DNA of 64,000 nucleotides, taken from positions 33,460 through 97,459 of the forward strand of contig CDMY01000371.1 of NCBI GenBank assembly GCA_001179505.1, given 5' to 3'. A model generated the notes under the pieces. That model saw only the letters and a list, made by a program, of their open reading frames with translations, was not told where the DNA came from and made no database searches. This DNA comes from Vitrella brassicaformis CCMP3155 (taxonomy: Eukaryota; Protista; Chromerida). The position numbers were made by a program, and so were the translations under genes. The stretch's first letter is position 1. Every line of letters begins with the position of its first letter. Below are positions 10,125 through 21,846 of this stretch, in pieces.

Positions 10125-13100
10125 ATGGAGGAGCCACCGTCAGATTCGGCGCAGATGAATGGCCCAGCGCCCGTCGAAAAAGTCCTCGAAGAACAAACGG
10201 CCACACAACGTTGATCACATGACGCATGTGCTGATTGTTCCCTGGTGCAGAAGGACGAGGGCCAGCTGGGAGCCACCATCGTAACCGGCGGAACAGTATT
10301 CCGGTAGGCAGGCAGGCATTGAATGCGCCACAAAGCGCCGCCTCTCGGACAGACAGACAGACAGATAGACCGACGACCTCCCAGCCAGTCAGATTCAATA
10401 CGTCTGTCTGTGTATCTCTGCATACATATGTGTGTCATGTGTGTCTGAGATTGTGGGCCCCTTATGCTGAGAAGGTGTGGGTGGTGCTCAAGGGTCAGGA
10501 CAAAGCCGAGATGAAGAAAGAGGGAGACAACAACCTCTGGTCCGTCAAGGTGGATGGCGTCGGTGCAGGCGCCGTCTACTCGTTTGAGATTCAGGTATGG
10601 ATGTATGTTTCTATAGTACTGGCTACACACACGGCCATCTGCTCTGCCATGGCCGGCCTCTCATGACGTGGATGGATGGCTGGGTGTGTCGTGCAGCCCT
10701 TCTGGAACGATTGCTTCCACACCGAGGGCAAAGTTCTGTCCCGAAGAGATCCATACGCACGGCAAACAGACTTCGACAGCAATGACTGGTACGGTACCCA
10801 CAGGCACCCACACCACGGAAACACAGACAGACAGACAGACAGTCAGACAGACAACAAAAGAACAACAGCTCCCTCCCACACTCTGCTCTGCAAGGCACTC
10901 ACTCACTATGTATATGTGTGTGCGCGTACATGTGTGTGTATGTTGTGTGTGCAGTGTGGTTGTCGACCCATCGTATTATGAGTGGGCGCCATTCTCAGCG
11001 CCAGGGTGGTCTGAGCTCATCATCTACGAGCTGCACTGCGGCACCTTCACGGGGAGGAACGACGGACTGGACCCCAACAACGCATTCAAACACATGATAT
11101 CGAAACTCGACTACATCAAAGACCTCGTGGGCGGGCAACACACATACATACATTGCGTGGATGTCGATGCCTGGCCTTTGCTCTGTGCGTGCGTGGGTGT
11201 GTGTGGGTGTGGGTGTGGGTGTGGGTGTGTGTGGGTGTGTGCAGGGCTTCAACTGCATCGAGATGATGCCTGTGCATGAGTTTGGCGGCCAGTGGGGGTA
11301 CAACCCACGGCTGCTCTGCAGTGTGCACGGCAAATTCGGCACCAGTACCGAGCTCCGGGACCTTGTCAACGAGGCACACAAGAAGGGCATCGCAGTACGT
11401 GTGCATGCATCCACACACGCACGAGGGAGGACCAACAGGCAGAGAGAGCACCACTGGCTGGCACACTAGGGAGGGAGTGAGTGAGTGAGTGAGTGACGGA
11501 TGCGTCTGTCTGCATCTCTGTTTGGTTGAAGGTCATCTTTGACGTCGTGTTGAACCATGGGTCGGCGAAGCTCAACAGCCTGTGGAATCACGACGGGTAC
11601 GGCAAAGACAAACAGGTACGCACACGCACGATACAGCCTGACTGACGCACAAAACCACGATGACCAAGGACATAAGGGAACCAACCAGAACATCCATCCA
11701 CCCACTTATCCATCTATCTATCTGTGTGTGCGCTTCAAGGGTGGCATTTACTTCGAGGGCGGCGAGGACACCCCTTGGGGAAAGAAGGTGAGAGAGACCT
11801 AAGGGCAGGAACGCCCAGGGCGGCAACATATGTATGTATGTATGTATGTGTGTATGTGTGTGGTCAATCAAGTTCGCTTTTCACAAGCGGGAGGTGCGCG
11901 AAATGATCAAGGCATCAGCCAGAATGTTCATAGAAGAGTACAAGTGAGTGAGGGGGAGGGAGTGAGTGCACCCGACAGACACGTCGAGTGCATCTATGGC
12001 TGTCTGTGTTGTCTTTGCCTGCTTCCCTCCCTTGTCTGTCTTGTTTCACTGCAGTGGCGATGGTTTGCGCTTCGACAGCGTGCACAACATGCCGGTAGGC
12101 TCTGTGTCTGACATCCACGTTCACTCACTCACTCATACCTTGACCTTGATGCCTGCTTTCTTGTGCCGCATATATCCCACGGGACGGCCGGCCGCAAAGT
12201 GGGACCTGTTGCAGGTTTGACCACGCCCATGCGGGCATTGATTGACTCGCACCGGGCACTAACTAGATGTGTTTGTCTGCCATCTATGTGTCGCGAAGGA
12301 GATTACCGGCGACATGCGGCACCGGTACCCAAACAAGATCAAAATTGCGTGAGCATCATCTAGCTACCGCACACGCACACGCACTCAGAGCTTCCGTCCC
12401 TGCGCCCATGTCAATCAATCGATGTGCCGACTGTGTACGGTGCAGTGAGGTGAATCTGTGAGTGCAGTGAGAATGTGACTGAGGGTATGACTCGGTCTCT
12501 GGTTTGTGAATCATTCCAAGGTCACTCCGGAGCATCCATCCATCCTCCACTCGGCAGGAAAGGCTCAGCTCAACCTGGCACACACGCACACAAGCTGTTG
12601 GTCCAGGCATCCATCCATCTGTCTGTCTTTTCTGTCATCACAACAGGTTTCGATTGTTGCTGGATCCACGCGACCTACTACGACACAGTCAAGATCATGC
12701 GCGACGAGGAGCGCGAACACCACATCGGCAAGATGATGGTATGTATGTGTCAACAAATAAATGCCTGCACGTCTTAAGAGGTGTGCGTATGTGGACGTAC
12801 ACATGGCCTGCCTTTCCGTCTGGCATTCGTGTCCTCAGGCCATGATCAATGGGCACGGGTGGGTGGGTGATGTATGTGGGGATTTGTCCATAACTTACTG
12901 CAATAATACCAGCCTCATGCCATCACTGTTGGATGTGTCTTGTCTGTCTGTCTTGTCCTATGGTGGTCAGCGGCTTCAAGACGTCGCATGAGAGCTGCAA
13001 CTCTATTCTCGGCAGCCATGATCAGAATGGCAGCAAGAAGGGGGGTCAGTCAGATGGGCGGGTGGGACGCTACTTCGTGGATCTCTTTGGAGGCCGCAAC

Positions 13101-14133
13101 AACTGGTCTGCATGCTCATGCTAGAGGCGTGACGAAACTTTGCTGTGTTGGTCTCTCTGTTCTTCAGGCACGCTCGGGCCAAGTGCCGAATGTGGTAAGA
13201 CACACACACGCACCTGCACACACTGGTCAAGCAACTCGCTCATTGTATGTGACAATATGTGTGGGGTGGCAGGTACGGGCTTCAGGCATTCAGCAGAGGC
13301 CTTCCGATGATCTTCATGGGCACCGAGACGCATCAGGGTGGATGGTGGGATGCCAATCCGTCCCAGGCATTCGACTGGGGCTTGCTGGAGGACCCCATGG
13401 CCAAACAGATGAATGCACTGGTGAGAGGGAGGGAGGGAGGGAGGGAGGGAGGGGGCTGCTGTAAGGAGTGAGCCAGCCAGCCAGTGACTGGCGGACAGCT
13501 GCTTACTTGTCTGTCCTGTCTATTTGGGCACACTTCTTTCTTCCCCTTCTTGACCGCGTGTTGTGTTGTGCGTGCAGGTGAAGAAGGCGAACGAGGTGCG
13601 GCTGGCCCACAAGGCACTGACAACCGAAAATGAAGGCGTCAACTTCACTCACAAGGACGGAGGACACAGAGTGCTCGGTGGGTTTGCAGAGAGAGGCTGC
13701 CAGGCCATTCGTTCACAACAGCAGGCACGGCACGGCATAGAAAGACTGCAGACGATGAATGCGGCTGTGTGCCTTGCCATGCATGCCATGGATAGGCTTT
13801 GTGAGAGGCAACATCCTGTGTGTTGTCAACGCATCCGACAAACAATGGGAGGACAAGGTATGAGGGAGGGATCGATGCTATCCTTACTTACGTCCATCAT
13901 GACCGCCTCACTGCGGATACATGTGGTCTGTCTGTCTATCTATCTATCAGGGCTACGGGGTTCAGACTCCTTTCGCCGGCAAGACCGTCACGCACGTCTT
14001 CAACAGCCAGGCCGAGGAGTTTGGGGGGTGGGCAGGTTCATGGACAAGTGACCAGCCCATCCAGGTGGGAGGCGATGGCAAAGTGCACTGTACCATTCCC
14101 AAGTGGAGCTGTTTGGCATTTGAAGCCTCATGA
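10125..14133 (+). CDS. Glycoside hydrolase family 13 enzyme with N-terminal CBM48 (TreZ/GlgB-like; roughly 20 exons)
   Basis: CBM48 start LGATIVTGGTVFR|LWAPYAEKV, then RDPYARQ, IIYELHCGTF, GFNCIEMMPVHEFGGQWGYNP and VIFDVVLNHG. Catalytic regions GLRFDSVHN (Asp), KIAE (Glu) and GSHDQ (Asp) are present, followed by GLPMIFMGTE. Start codon approximate. Confidence 0.9.
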
Positions 14134-14509
14134 GGTGCGAGTTGGTGGCCATATGCATGCTCACCTGCGATTTTCTCGTCGGCTATTCGGATGGCAGTTT
14201 TGACCTTTAGGCAGCCAGCAAGGGACTAGCTAGTAGGGTGGACCTTCTGTGATGGATGCATCCGTGATTCATTCATTCATGATAAAGAAGTTCGCACCGC
14301 TTCACCGGCATGCAGAAGCATGACCTCAGAAAAGAACTCACGTCTGTCTGATCCATGCATAGCAAAGTGCTCAGGCAGATCAGTGTCTGTCTATGCACAT
14401 ACGTAGACCCATTTCGCCACTTCGTCGGTCGGTCGGTAGCTCGCTACGGCCGACACCCACGCCTTGTGTCGTTATCTATATCGCCGGGTCTATGTCTCCG
14501 TCATCTCCG

Positions 14510-17500
14510 TCATACCATTCGAACCGTGGGGCCGAATGCTGGTCCTGCCATCCCCTGGTCTTCCTCTCTTTGTGCGCGCGTGACGCCCATGGCCTGGAGG
14601 ACGCTGACGCCCAAATCACCCAGGATGGAGTTTGGGGGGGCAGCAGCTGCTGGTGGTTGGTCGGCCTCATGGATGTTGCGGGACCGCTCGGCTGCTGTCA
14701 TATGGCCAGTGACAAGCACTTGAGGTACCTGACAAACACGGTTAGCTGCGGTGAGTAAGGGACACAGCCATGTCTACTCACCTGCGGCGGGTGTTTGTCG
14801 AGGTGGTCCTTGGACCAGAAGACGACAGCAGAGTCGCCCTGGAACTGTGTCTTCATAATGTGGGGCTCAGTCTTGACCAGCGCCTCCGCCACCTGTTGTG
14901 TGTAGATAGCGCACATGCACAGCAGATGCTGTCTGAGTGAGGTGTGTCGCGTGCAAGTGTGTGCGCGGGGATGGATGTGCTTGTGTCAGCCAGCCACCTG
15001 CCGCACGACACTGCTCGTGAGGTAATACCTGGAGGGAGGGAGGGAGGGAGGGAAGGCAAACAACACAGCACCCGCGACTGCTCGCCTGCCCCCATGTCTG
15101 CTTGCTGTGTGTGCTTACTTGTATCTGGGGAGGCGTTTCTGTGCTTCCCTTTCGAGCACCACCAGTGTGGGGCCGCGGCCCATGCGATTCTGATCACGAT
15201 GCGACTGAATGAACAACCAACACACACGTGCACAGTCGCTCATCATCATATGTAGATTGGTGCTAGATTGATCTGTCGACTGCCTACCTTTTCCTCAATG
15301 ATGTTTTTGATGGTCTCCCACACCATGTCGCTGCGACGACGATTGCTGGCCATCAAGTATAGCTGACACCACACACATTCACAGGTGGAGGGAGACACGT
15401 GTGTGCGTGTGTGGTTCACTCACCATGCCTACTACTGACCCCACGATGGTCCCGCCGAAGGTAAGATAACCGATAAAATGCCAAAACCTGACACACGGTT
15501 GCACAGGCCGTATGGCGGACGGCACGGCATACACTTCGTATGTGTGTCGCGTCGGTCACCGTACCAGCAGGATAGTCGTCGTTTGGCGGTGGCCGCCCTG
15601 TACTTGATGAGCTCGGGGGTCTCCCACAGCCCGTTGTCCTTCCGAACCATGCCATACCGGGACACTGATCGACCGACAACGAGCACCAAAACCACGCCAA
15701 AGACGACCAGGCGGGCAGAAATGGCTGGTTGCTGCATTCATTCTGCCGTGTCTTACTGACATTTGGTGTATGCCTGGTCGCTTCTATCGAGGAGGAAATC
15801 GTCGAGGGCCACACGCACGCACGTCGATGGGTCGCCCCAGCTAGAGGCACAGTGAGCCTCCACGAATGCCTGAAGAGAGGAAGGCGACCGACAACAGATA
15901 CAGCCTCGATGGATGCACCCGATGCATGAGACTGTTCGATTATCGACGGTGGTGCGTCAATCACTCATTCATTCACCTTGGCTTCCTTGAGGTTCATTTC
16001 GCCCTCCTGCGTGATACCGCACAGGCGGTCCCCCTCGCGATATGCTAACGCATCACCCAACGCCTGACAACAAACACACATACGAACGCATGACAGTCGG
16101 CCCCTGACAGAGGTGCCTGAGTGCACTGGAGTGCACTCACTTGCAGGCCTGTGTGAGCCTTCGATGCAGCCACACGGTCAGCCACACACTGACGGCCCAA
16201 CTGAACGACAGACAGACGGCCGCCTGCTGCCCTCATTCTTTGCACCTGCCCTCCCTTGTCGTGCTTCGTATACGGCATTCACCTGCAGGTACTTGGGGTC
16301 ACACGTAAGCTTGCCGTCGGCACAGGTGCCGTGAGGCGGGCATGGTACGCAGCCCGACACATCTGCACTCAATGCATTCCACTCAATGCATTCCAAGTGG
16401 ATGGACAGTAGTGGTGCCAATATTAATGTGGATATCTCCCCCTCCCGTGTGTGTGTGTGTGTGTTGCCGCTCACTGTTCTGTCCGTTTGTGTTGCAGAAG
16501 GTAATGCTCTGCGCCCAGTAAATAACGGGTATCAGCAGGGCCATCACACACACCACCCCACCCGCAAACCAACCACGCCTGACCACATATGTACATACGC
16601 ACGGGAGTCCATGCATGCGTCCGTCCATGAGCCAACAAAGGACCGATGGATGGGCACCTGATCCGACATCCGCTCGGCCACCTATGTGTCTTATGCATCG
16701 CTTCCTTACTTGTGTTGGTCCTGCACCCTGTCTGTTCGTGCCACGGCCACGGCAGGCGGTGCTGCAGTGGTCGTGGCGCTCCCTCGTGGCCCGTGTGTTT
16801 GGTGACGGTGAGCTGAAGCACGTCGACAAGACGGACTGCCCCCGCGATGACTGGCGGCCGCGGGACGGGAGCTGACACAGGCCATTGGAACACATGAGTC
16901 AATGGATAATGATCGGCCGACATGGACCAACAATGGATACAAACGGCAGTGCCCGCCTACCGTGGCAGGGGAGGCGGCTCGACCACAGGGAAGTCGACCT
17001 CACCTGCAACAGACGCACACACGCACACAAACATACCCACACATACACGCACACACACACACACACAACACGTGTGCCGACGGACATGTGCCCCCCGGTC
17101 CCCCCCTTGGTTATCTACATCTGTGTGTCCCTCGGTCACTTGTGCTCACTCACGTCCATCTGGTGTGAGGGTCTTTCTGGCCCCCTTGAGTTTCTTCCTG
17201 GGTGGCCGGCCCATCGAGTCCTTTCCCTCGCCGAGCTCCAGCCCAAGGCCCCCCGAGACCTCATCCCCGCCACCATTCGCACGCCCCTGCCGCCCTGCTG
17301 ACGACATGGCGGCCCGACCAGGCCTTGCTGGGGGGCCCTCCTCTTCTTCTTCCACCTCGTGGTACTCGTCCTCGTCTTCATCATCCTCCTCCTCCTCGTG
17401 GTAGTCGTTATCATCTGTGGTACGGTGCTTGAATTCATCAGGGGCAGGGGTCGGCGGACGCCACTTCCTCCGGCGGCGGCCGTGGCCAGCACCAGGGGGA

Positions 17501-18336
17501 GGAGTGCCACACACCGACCCTCCCGCTGCTGCTGCGGCGGGTGGGTGGGCAGCTTCATCCCCCTCATCGAGGTCCTGGTCCTCCTCCGCGTCGGCACCGC
17601 GTTGGGATTGCAGCGAGCTGGGCGCGAATGCCACCTCCTTTGGGGATGCCGACCTGGCGGTGGGACGCTTCACTCGACCCTGAAAGAACCAAGACCACAG
17701 CAATAAAGAAAGGAACAGTCACTCACTCACTCATTCACGCACACGTGTGGGCATGCGTCCATCTGCCCCACCGCAGCAGCTGTGCGCCTCTCTCTCGGCT
17801 TTGACGGTGTCCCTCCCTCATCTTTGACGGCGTCTGTCCGTTTCCGCCCCTCCGAAGGTGCCTTTCGCTTTCTGCGACGGAGGGCCTTGTCGTCGTCATC
17901 CTCATCCTCATCTTCACCGACCTCGTCATCCGCTGATCCTGACACATAGATGCATTAGACCAACACCAGGTCTGACTTGCGAATGCATTCATTCCATCAT
18001 GCAGTCACCTCACCCACCATGTGCGTGGGCGAAGCCAAGCGATGATACGCGGCCTCTCCGTTTGGCCGTTGCGTGCGAGGCTCCTGTGGCCGCCTGTGCT
18101 GCGGCAGGTGAGTGCCTTGGGGCCGCTGTCTGCCTCCTTTGCCGGGACAGCGCCGCGGCAGCAGCGGGCTGGCTCCCGGAGGGCCGCTTGCCGAAGCTGG
18201 CCTCACATAAGGCTATCAGTTTGCCCTTCCGAGGTGCATCTGGCAGGTCGATGTCATGGGCGGTGAGGAGCGACTTGAGTTGCTGCACAGTCAGATCCGC
18301 ATAGTCAACAATGGCATCAAGCGGTGGCGCAGACAT
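14510..18336 (-). CDS. Src1/Heh1/MAN1-like inner nuclear membrane protein (HeH/LEM N-terminus, two TM helices, MSC domain)
   Basis: N-terminal LTVQQLKSLLTAHDIDLPDAPRKGKLIALCE is HeH-like, followed by a basic/acidic disordered region with NLS-like RRRKRK. TM1 is GWFAGGVVCVMALLIPVIYW. The luminal CVPCPPHGTCADGKLTCDPKY is the MSC cysteine motif. TM2 is FWHFIGYLTFGGTIVGSVVGM, and the C-terminal KTQFQGDSAVVFW resembles the winged-helix end. Confidence 0.7.
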
Positions 18337-18360
18337 CGATTCTTGGACAGATCTGCAGCT

Positions 18361-18368
18361 GCGAGCTT
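18361..18368 (-). promoter_or_regulatory. Candidate motif AAGCTCGC
   Basis: 25 bp upstream of the Src1-like ATG (18336), in sense orientation. Confidence 0.45.
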
Positions 18369-18527
18369 GAAATCTCCCACTGCGATTGAATTCATCTTGG
18401 CGTGTTATTGGACGCAAAAGGTCGGAAGGGCGGGGCCCAGAGGCGGTCGTTACGTGGAACAAGTCAAAAAAGTGAATGCGGTCCTATGGCATTGATAGAT
18501 ACGACAGACGCTGCCGCCCTAGCACCC

Positions 18528-20700
18528 TCATTCGTCTTCGTCAAGATCGTCCTCATCAAACTCGATGGCACCGCCGTCTGCCAGCTTCAGCTTTTGGCTC
18601 CTCCGCGCCTCCCTCTCCTCACGCTGTCGCTTGTTCTCTAGCGCCTTCTGAAAGCACATACATACATACATCACTTTCATCCACCCGCACCGCTCCCCAA
18701 ACGCAACTGCGCACCGCTGAAAGAGGCCGCTCCCTGTGCCTGAGGAAGGACAGATCCACTCCAGGAAGGCAAGACGCAAGACCCTGAGACAACACACGGG
18801 GGAGGACGCATCAATGCAGGCAGGCAAGCAATCAGTGATCAGGACAGCAGTAAGTGAGTGGCTGGATAGCTGCTCACCACGTCCAGGTCGCCATCGAACA
18901 GTCGGACCAGATTCCAGAAAACCTGCGTGCGACACACGGGAGAGTGGGCACTGATGGTGTCGTGTCGGGTGGTCATCTTTCAAGTACGTGCCCACACGCC
19001 CGCCCACAAGTTCGGACCAGCGGGTTGCACTGCGCCATGTCGACTGGGCGAATGTTTCGCCTGACATGTTGAAGTGTCCACAGAAACACAGCAACGCAGA
19101 GAGCCATGTGAGCCGCATGTGTGTGTCAGCTGTTGGGAATCGCTTGGCGGTGGACCTTTGCTCATCCTCGCCGGAGTCCCACACGGCCTTGAGCACTGAC
19201 CCAATCAGGACCTTGGGAAACGCTGCAAGGACAGCGCAAATCTCCACTTGCTGTTTCTGGACATGCTGTGGGCGACGTACCAGTGTACGTTTCTCGTGTC
19301 TGCTTTCCGTCGTTGTCGAATGTCACGGTGAACTTCTGCACGGCCGCCCCAGCAGCAGCAGGTTGCATCTGCGGCAACATCCAGTCACAGGCACAGCAGG
19401 AACGTCGCCGCACGTCCAATCAGCATGTCAGCTGGCTAGAGGTGGTGTATACCTCCAGCTGGTACGTTCGGCCCATGACAGCCTTGTAGCGCTGCTCGCC
19501 AAGAAGCTGATCTGTCAACCAGCAAGCCACCGGAACCCATCACATGCACAGGCACCATCGCGCCACCCAGAGCGCTCCCGTGTACCATATCGCCGGTTGA
19601 GAGCATTCTTGAAGACGCCTCGGAGCTCGCGGTCCGTCGCGTTGAGCTGTCCGCTATTCTTAGTCTGGGAACGGGAAAGAGAGAGACAAGGAAGAGAGAA
19701 CGGGGGGGGGGGGNNNNNNNNNNNNNNNNNNNNNNNNNNNNNNNNNNNNNNNNNNNNNNNNNNNNNNNNNNNNNNNNNNNNNNNNNNNNNNNNNNNNNNN
19801 NNNNNNNNNNNNNNNNNNNNNNNNNNNNNNNNNNNNNNNNNNNNNNNNNNNNNNNNNNNNNNNNNNNNNNNNNNNNNNNNNNNNNNNNNNNNNNNNNNNN
19901 NNNNNNNNNNNNNNNNNNNNNNNNNNNNNNNNNNNNNNNNNNNNNNNNNNNNNNNNNNNNNNNNNNNNNNNNNNNNNNNNNNNNNNNNNNNNNNNNNNNN
20001 NNNNNNNNNNNNNGGGGGGGGGGGGGGACAGTGGGTGCAGAGATGGGGCGGGTCGTCTATCCAGCAACCCCACTCAGCCTACCATCGAGGTGAGGAGTTT
20101 CTCCGCCCAATCTGCACCACTCTGGCCCGGATCATCCTGCCGTGCACCCGCTTGGACTCTCCCTCCACCTCGGCTCTTGCCAGCCGATGGCAGCGTCCTC
20201 ACGTTGGACGAAGTAGCGCCTTTGCTCGCCCGCATTGTCTTCGGCGGCTGGGCGGTCGACATTGCCTGTTGACCCTCTGATGTTTTGAGATAACATCACA
20301 CCACTCTTCACGAAGACAAGTGTGGTTGCGAAGGCTGTCTCACTGAGGTCATTCTTCTGGACGAGAAGCGTGTCATTGTCCACAAATAGGTTCTTGAGCG
20401 GCTCTCCCTCCGGATCCTCCATGGCCTTGGGCGGAAAACCCTGGAGTACTGCACCAGCCATATGCAGGAACACGACGGTTGTGTCATCAAGTTGGTTGCG
20501 TGGCGTGCTGCAACCCACTCGTGAAGGCTCCTTTCTCCATCCCCGTTGCTTTGCACACTACACATACATACATCAAGAACACATACCCAGATCAGATCTC
20601 ATCCATCCGCACTACCTTCATCTTGCAGTGTGTCGAAACCCGCCTCCTGATCAACGATCACATCCACTGTCCCAGAGGGACTCTTCAACCGGAGCTTCAT
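18528..20700 (-). CDS. Hypothetical protein with N-terminal YOD1/OTU1-type ubiquitin-like domain (spans the second gap)
   Basis: Spliced N-terminus MKLRLKSPSGTVDVIVDQEAGFDTLQDE|VCKATGMEKGAFT|ILQGFPPKAMEDPEGEPLKNLFVDNDTLLVQ. C-terminal exons read VFWNLVRLFDGDLD..LPGVDLSFLRHRERPLS..KALENKRQ..DEDE*. Linkage across the gap is inferred from strand and order. Confidence 0.6.
19714..20013. other. Scaffold gap (300 N) flanked by poly-G on both sides
   Basis: G run at 19702-19713, then N, then a G run from 20014. Confidence 1.
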
Positions 20701-20761
20701 CCTTCTCCCTCTCACTTTGTCCGTTTCACGGGCAGAATGACACAAACTAAGAATCGATATG

Positions 20762-20782
20762 GCGAGCTTTAGCGGAGCTCGC
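20762..20782 (-). promoter_or_regulatory. Candidate motif AAGCTCGC plus an opposite-strand variant GAGCTCGC
   Basis: About 62 bp upstream of the UBL-protein ATG (20700). Confidence 0.45.
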
Positions 20783-20895
20783 GGCGAGGAACTTGTGTCT
20801 TCCCCCCCCCTTGATGGATGCAGACGAGAGCTTAACGCGTCTCTGTCTCTCGCTACGTGTCTCTATTGCCAAACAGCATATACCTTTACGTGCGC

Positions 20896-21846
20896 ATGAT
20901 GCTATTCACGTCGAAAAACTGTGCGGCACACGCCCAGATCAGAGAAAGAAGGAAAGAAAGAAGTACAAAGGACTACACGCAGATCTTGGATATTGTGGTA
21001 CAATGAATATCAGTTTCGATTGAGACATGGAAATTTTCAATTGACACCACCTCACCCACAACAACCACACACTTTCATGTCTCTTGTCTCAATTCTCAGC
21101 ACGCACCGGGTCGACACACATAACTCCTGTCAGATCCCGACAGATCCCGACACTGTGTGGCGGTGAGAGTGCTCCGCTGAGACTCGTCAATAAGCTGGTT
21201 CATCTTGATAATAATCTGGTCGATGCCCATTGCACTTCTGAGCGTTGCTCCTCTCTCTCTCTTTCGTTTGCGTGTCCTGCAGGCTGTGATTTGCCAGAAT
21301 ATTAGCTGCAGATTTCCATTGTAGAGAAGATGTGTGTTAGGCAGCTCGAGCCCAAGTGGAAATCCTCGAGGTAAGAGGAAGACACTATCTCGCTTCCACA
21401 GACAAGAATTCAGACACGAGAATTCAGACACAAGAATTCAGACACAAGAATTCAGACAAAAAGGAGCCTGCTACATATATCATGTCAGGAATGGCCACAA
21501 TGAGGACTCGTACACGGTCGCGGGCTCCGTGAAGGAGAAGAAGACGGTATGTAGGAAGCAGTGAGGCCACCTCACGTCCACTCCCTATGGCTGTCTTTGC
21601 CTTCCTTCTTCTTCGCATGGTGAACGCGAACTTCTACCGTTCGGCCAACCAGAGAGAGGCACTCGGGAACTGCGGCAACGCTGTCCAAGACGCTGGCGAC
21701 TGCCCAAGACGCGCTACGGGGACCCCGACAAAAGGTGATTCTCATTCGCATCATCCGCTGTGTTGGGCATGATCCGGTGTCTCCCGCATGTTCCACAGGG
21801 TGAGCGCTGCGGCAAGAGCGGTCGGTGGTTCAGAAAGAAGGACTAA
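20896..21846 (+). CDS. Possible small multi-exon hypothetical gene (start unresolved)
   Basis: Short GT-AG-bounded blocks can be joined in frame (..THRVDTHNSCQIPTDPDTVWR|QLEPKWKSSR|NGHNEDSYTVAGSVKEKKT|..|GERCGKSGRWFRKKD*). Alternative splice choices give stop codons. Confidence 0.3.
21401..21457 (+). repeat. Tandem repeat, 14-bp unit ACAAGAATTCAGAC x4 (one unit ACGAG..)
   Basis: gacaagaattcagac acgagaattcagac acaagaattcagac acaagaattcagac; head-to-tail with no spacers. Confidence 0.9.

Noticed and set aside
19702-20028. Poly-G flanks as a functional G-quadruplex element
   Set aside because: The true length is unknown. A homopolymer at a gap edge most simply explains the assembly break.
18528-20700. 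Naming the UBL gene OTU1/YOD1
   Set aside because: No OTU catalytic motif or C-terminal C2H2 finger in the sequenced exons.
21401-21457. Regular 14-bp repeat as a possible CRISPR array
   Set aside because: Head-to-tail units with no spacers, too short, eukaryotic context and no cas genes.
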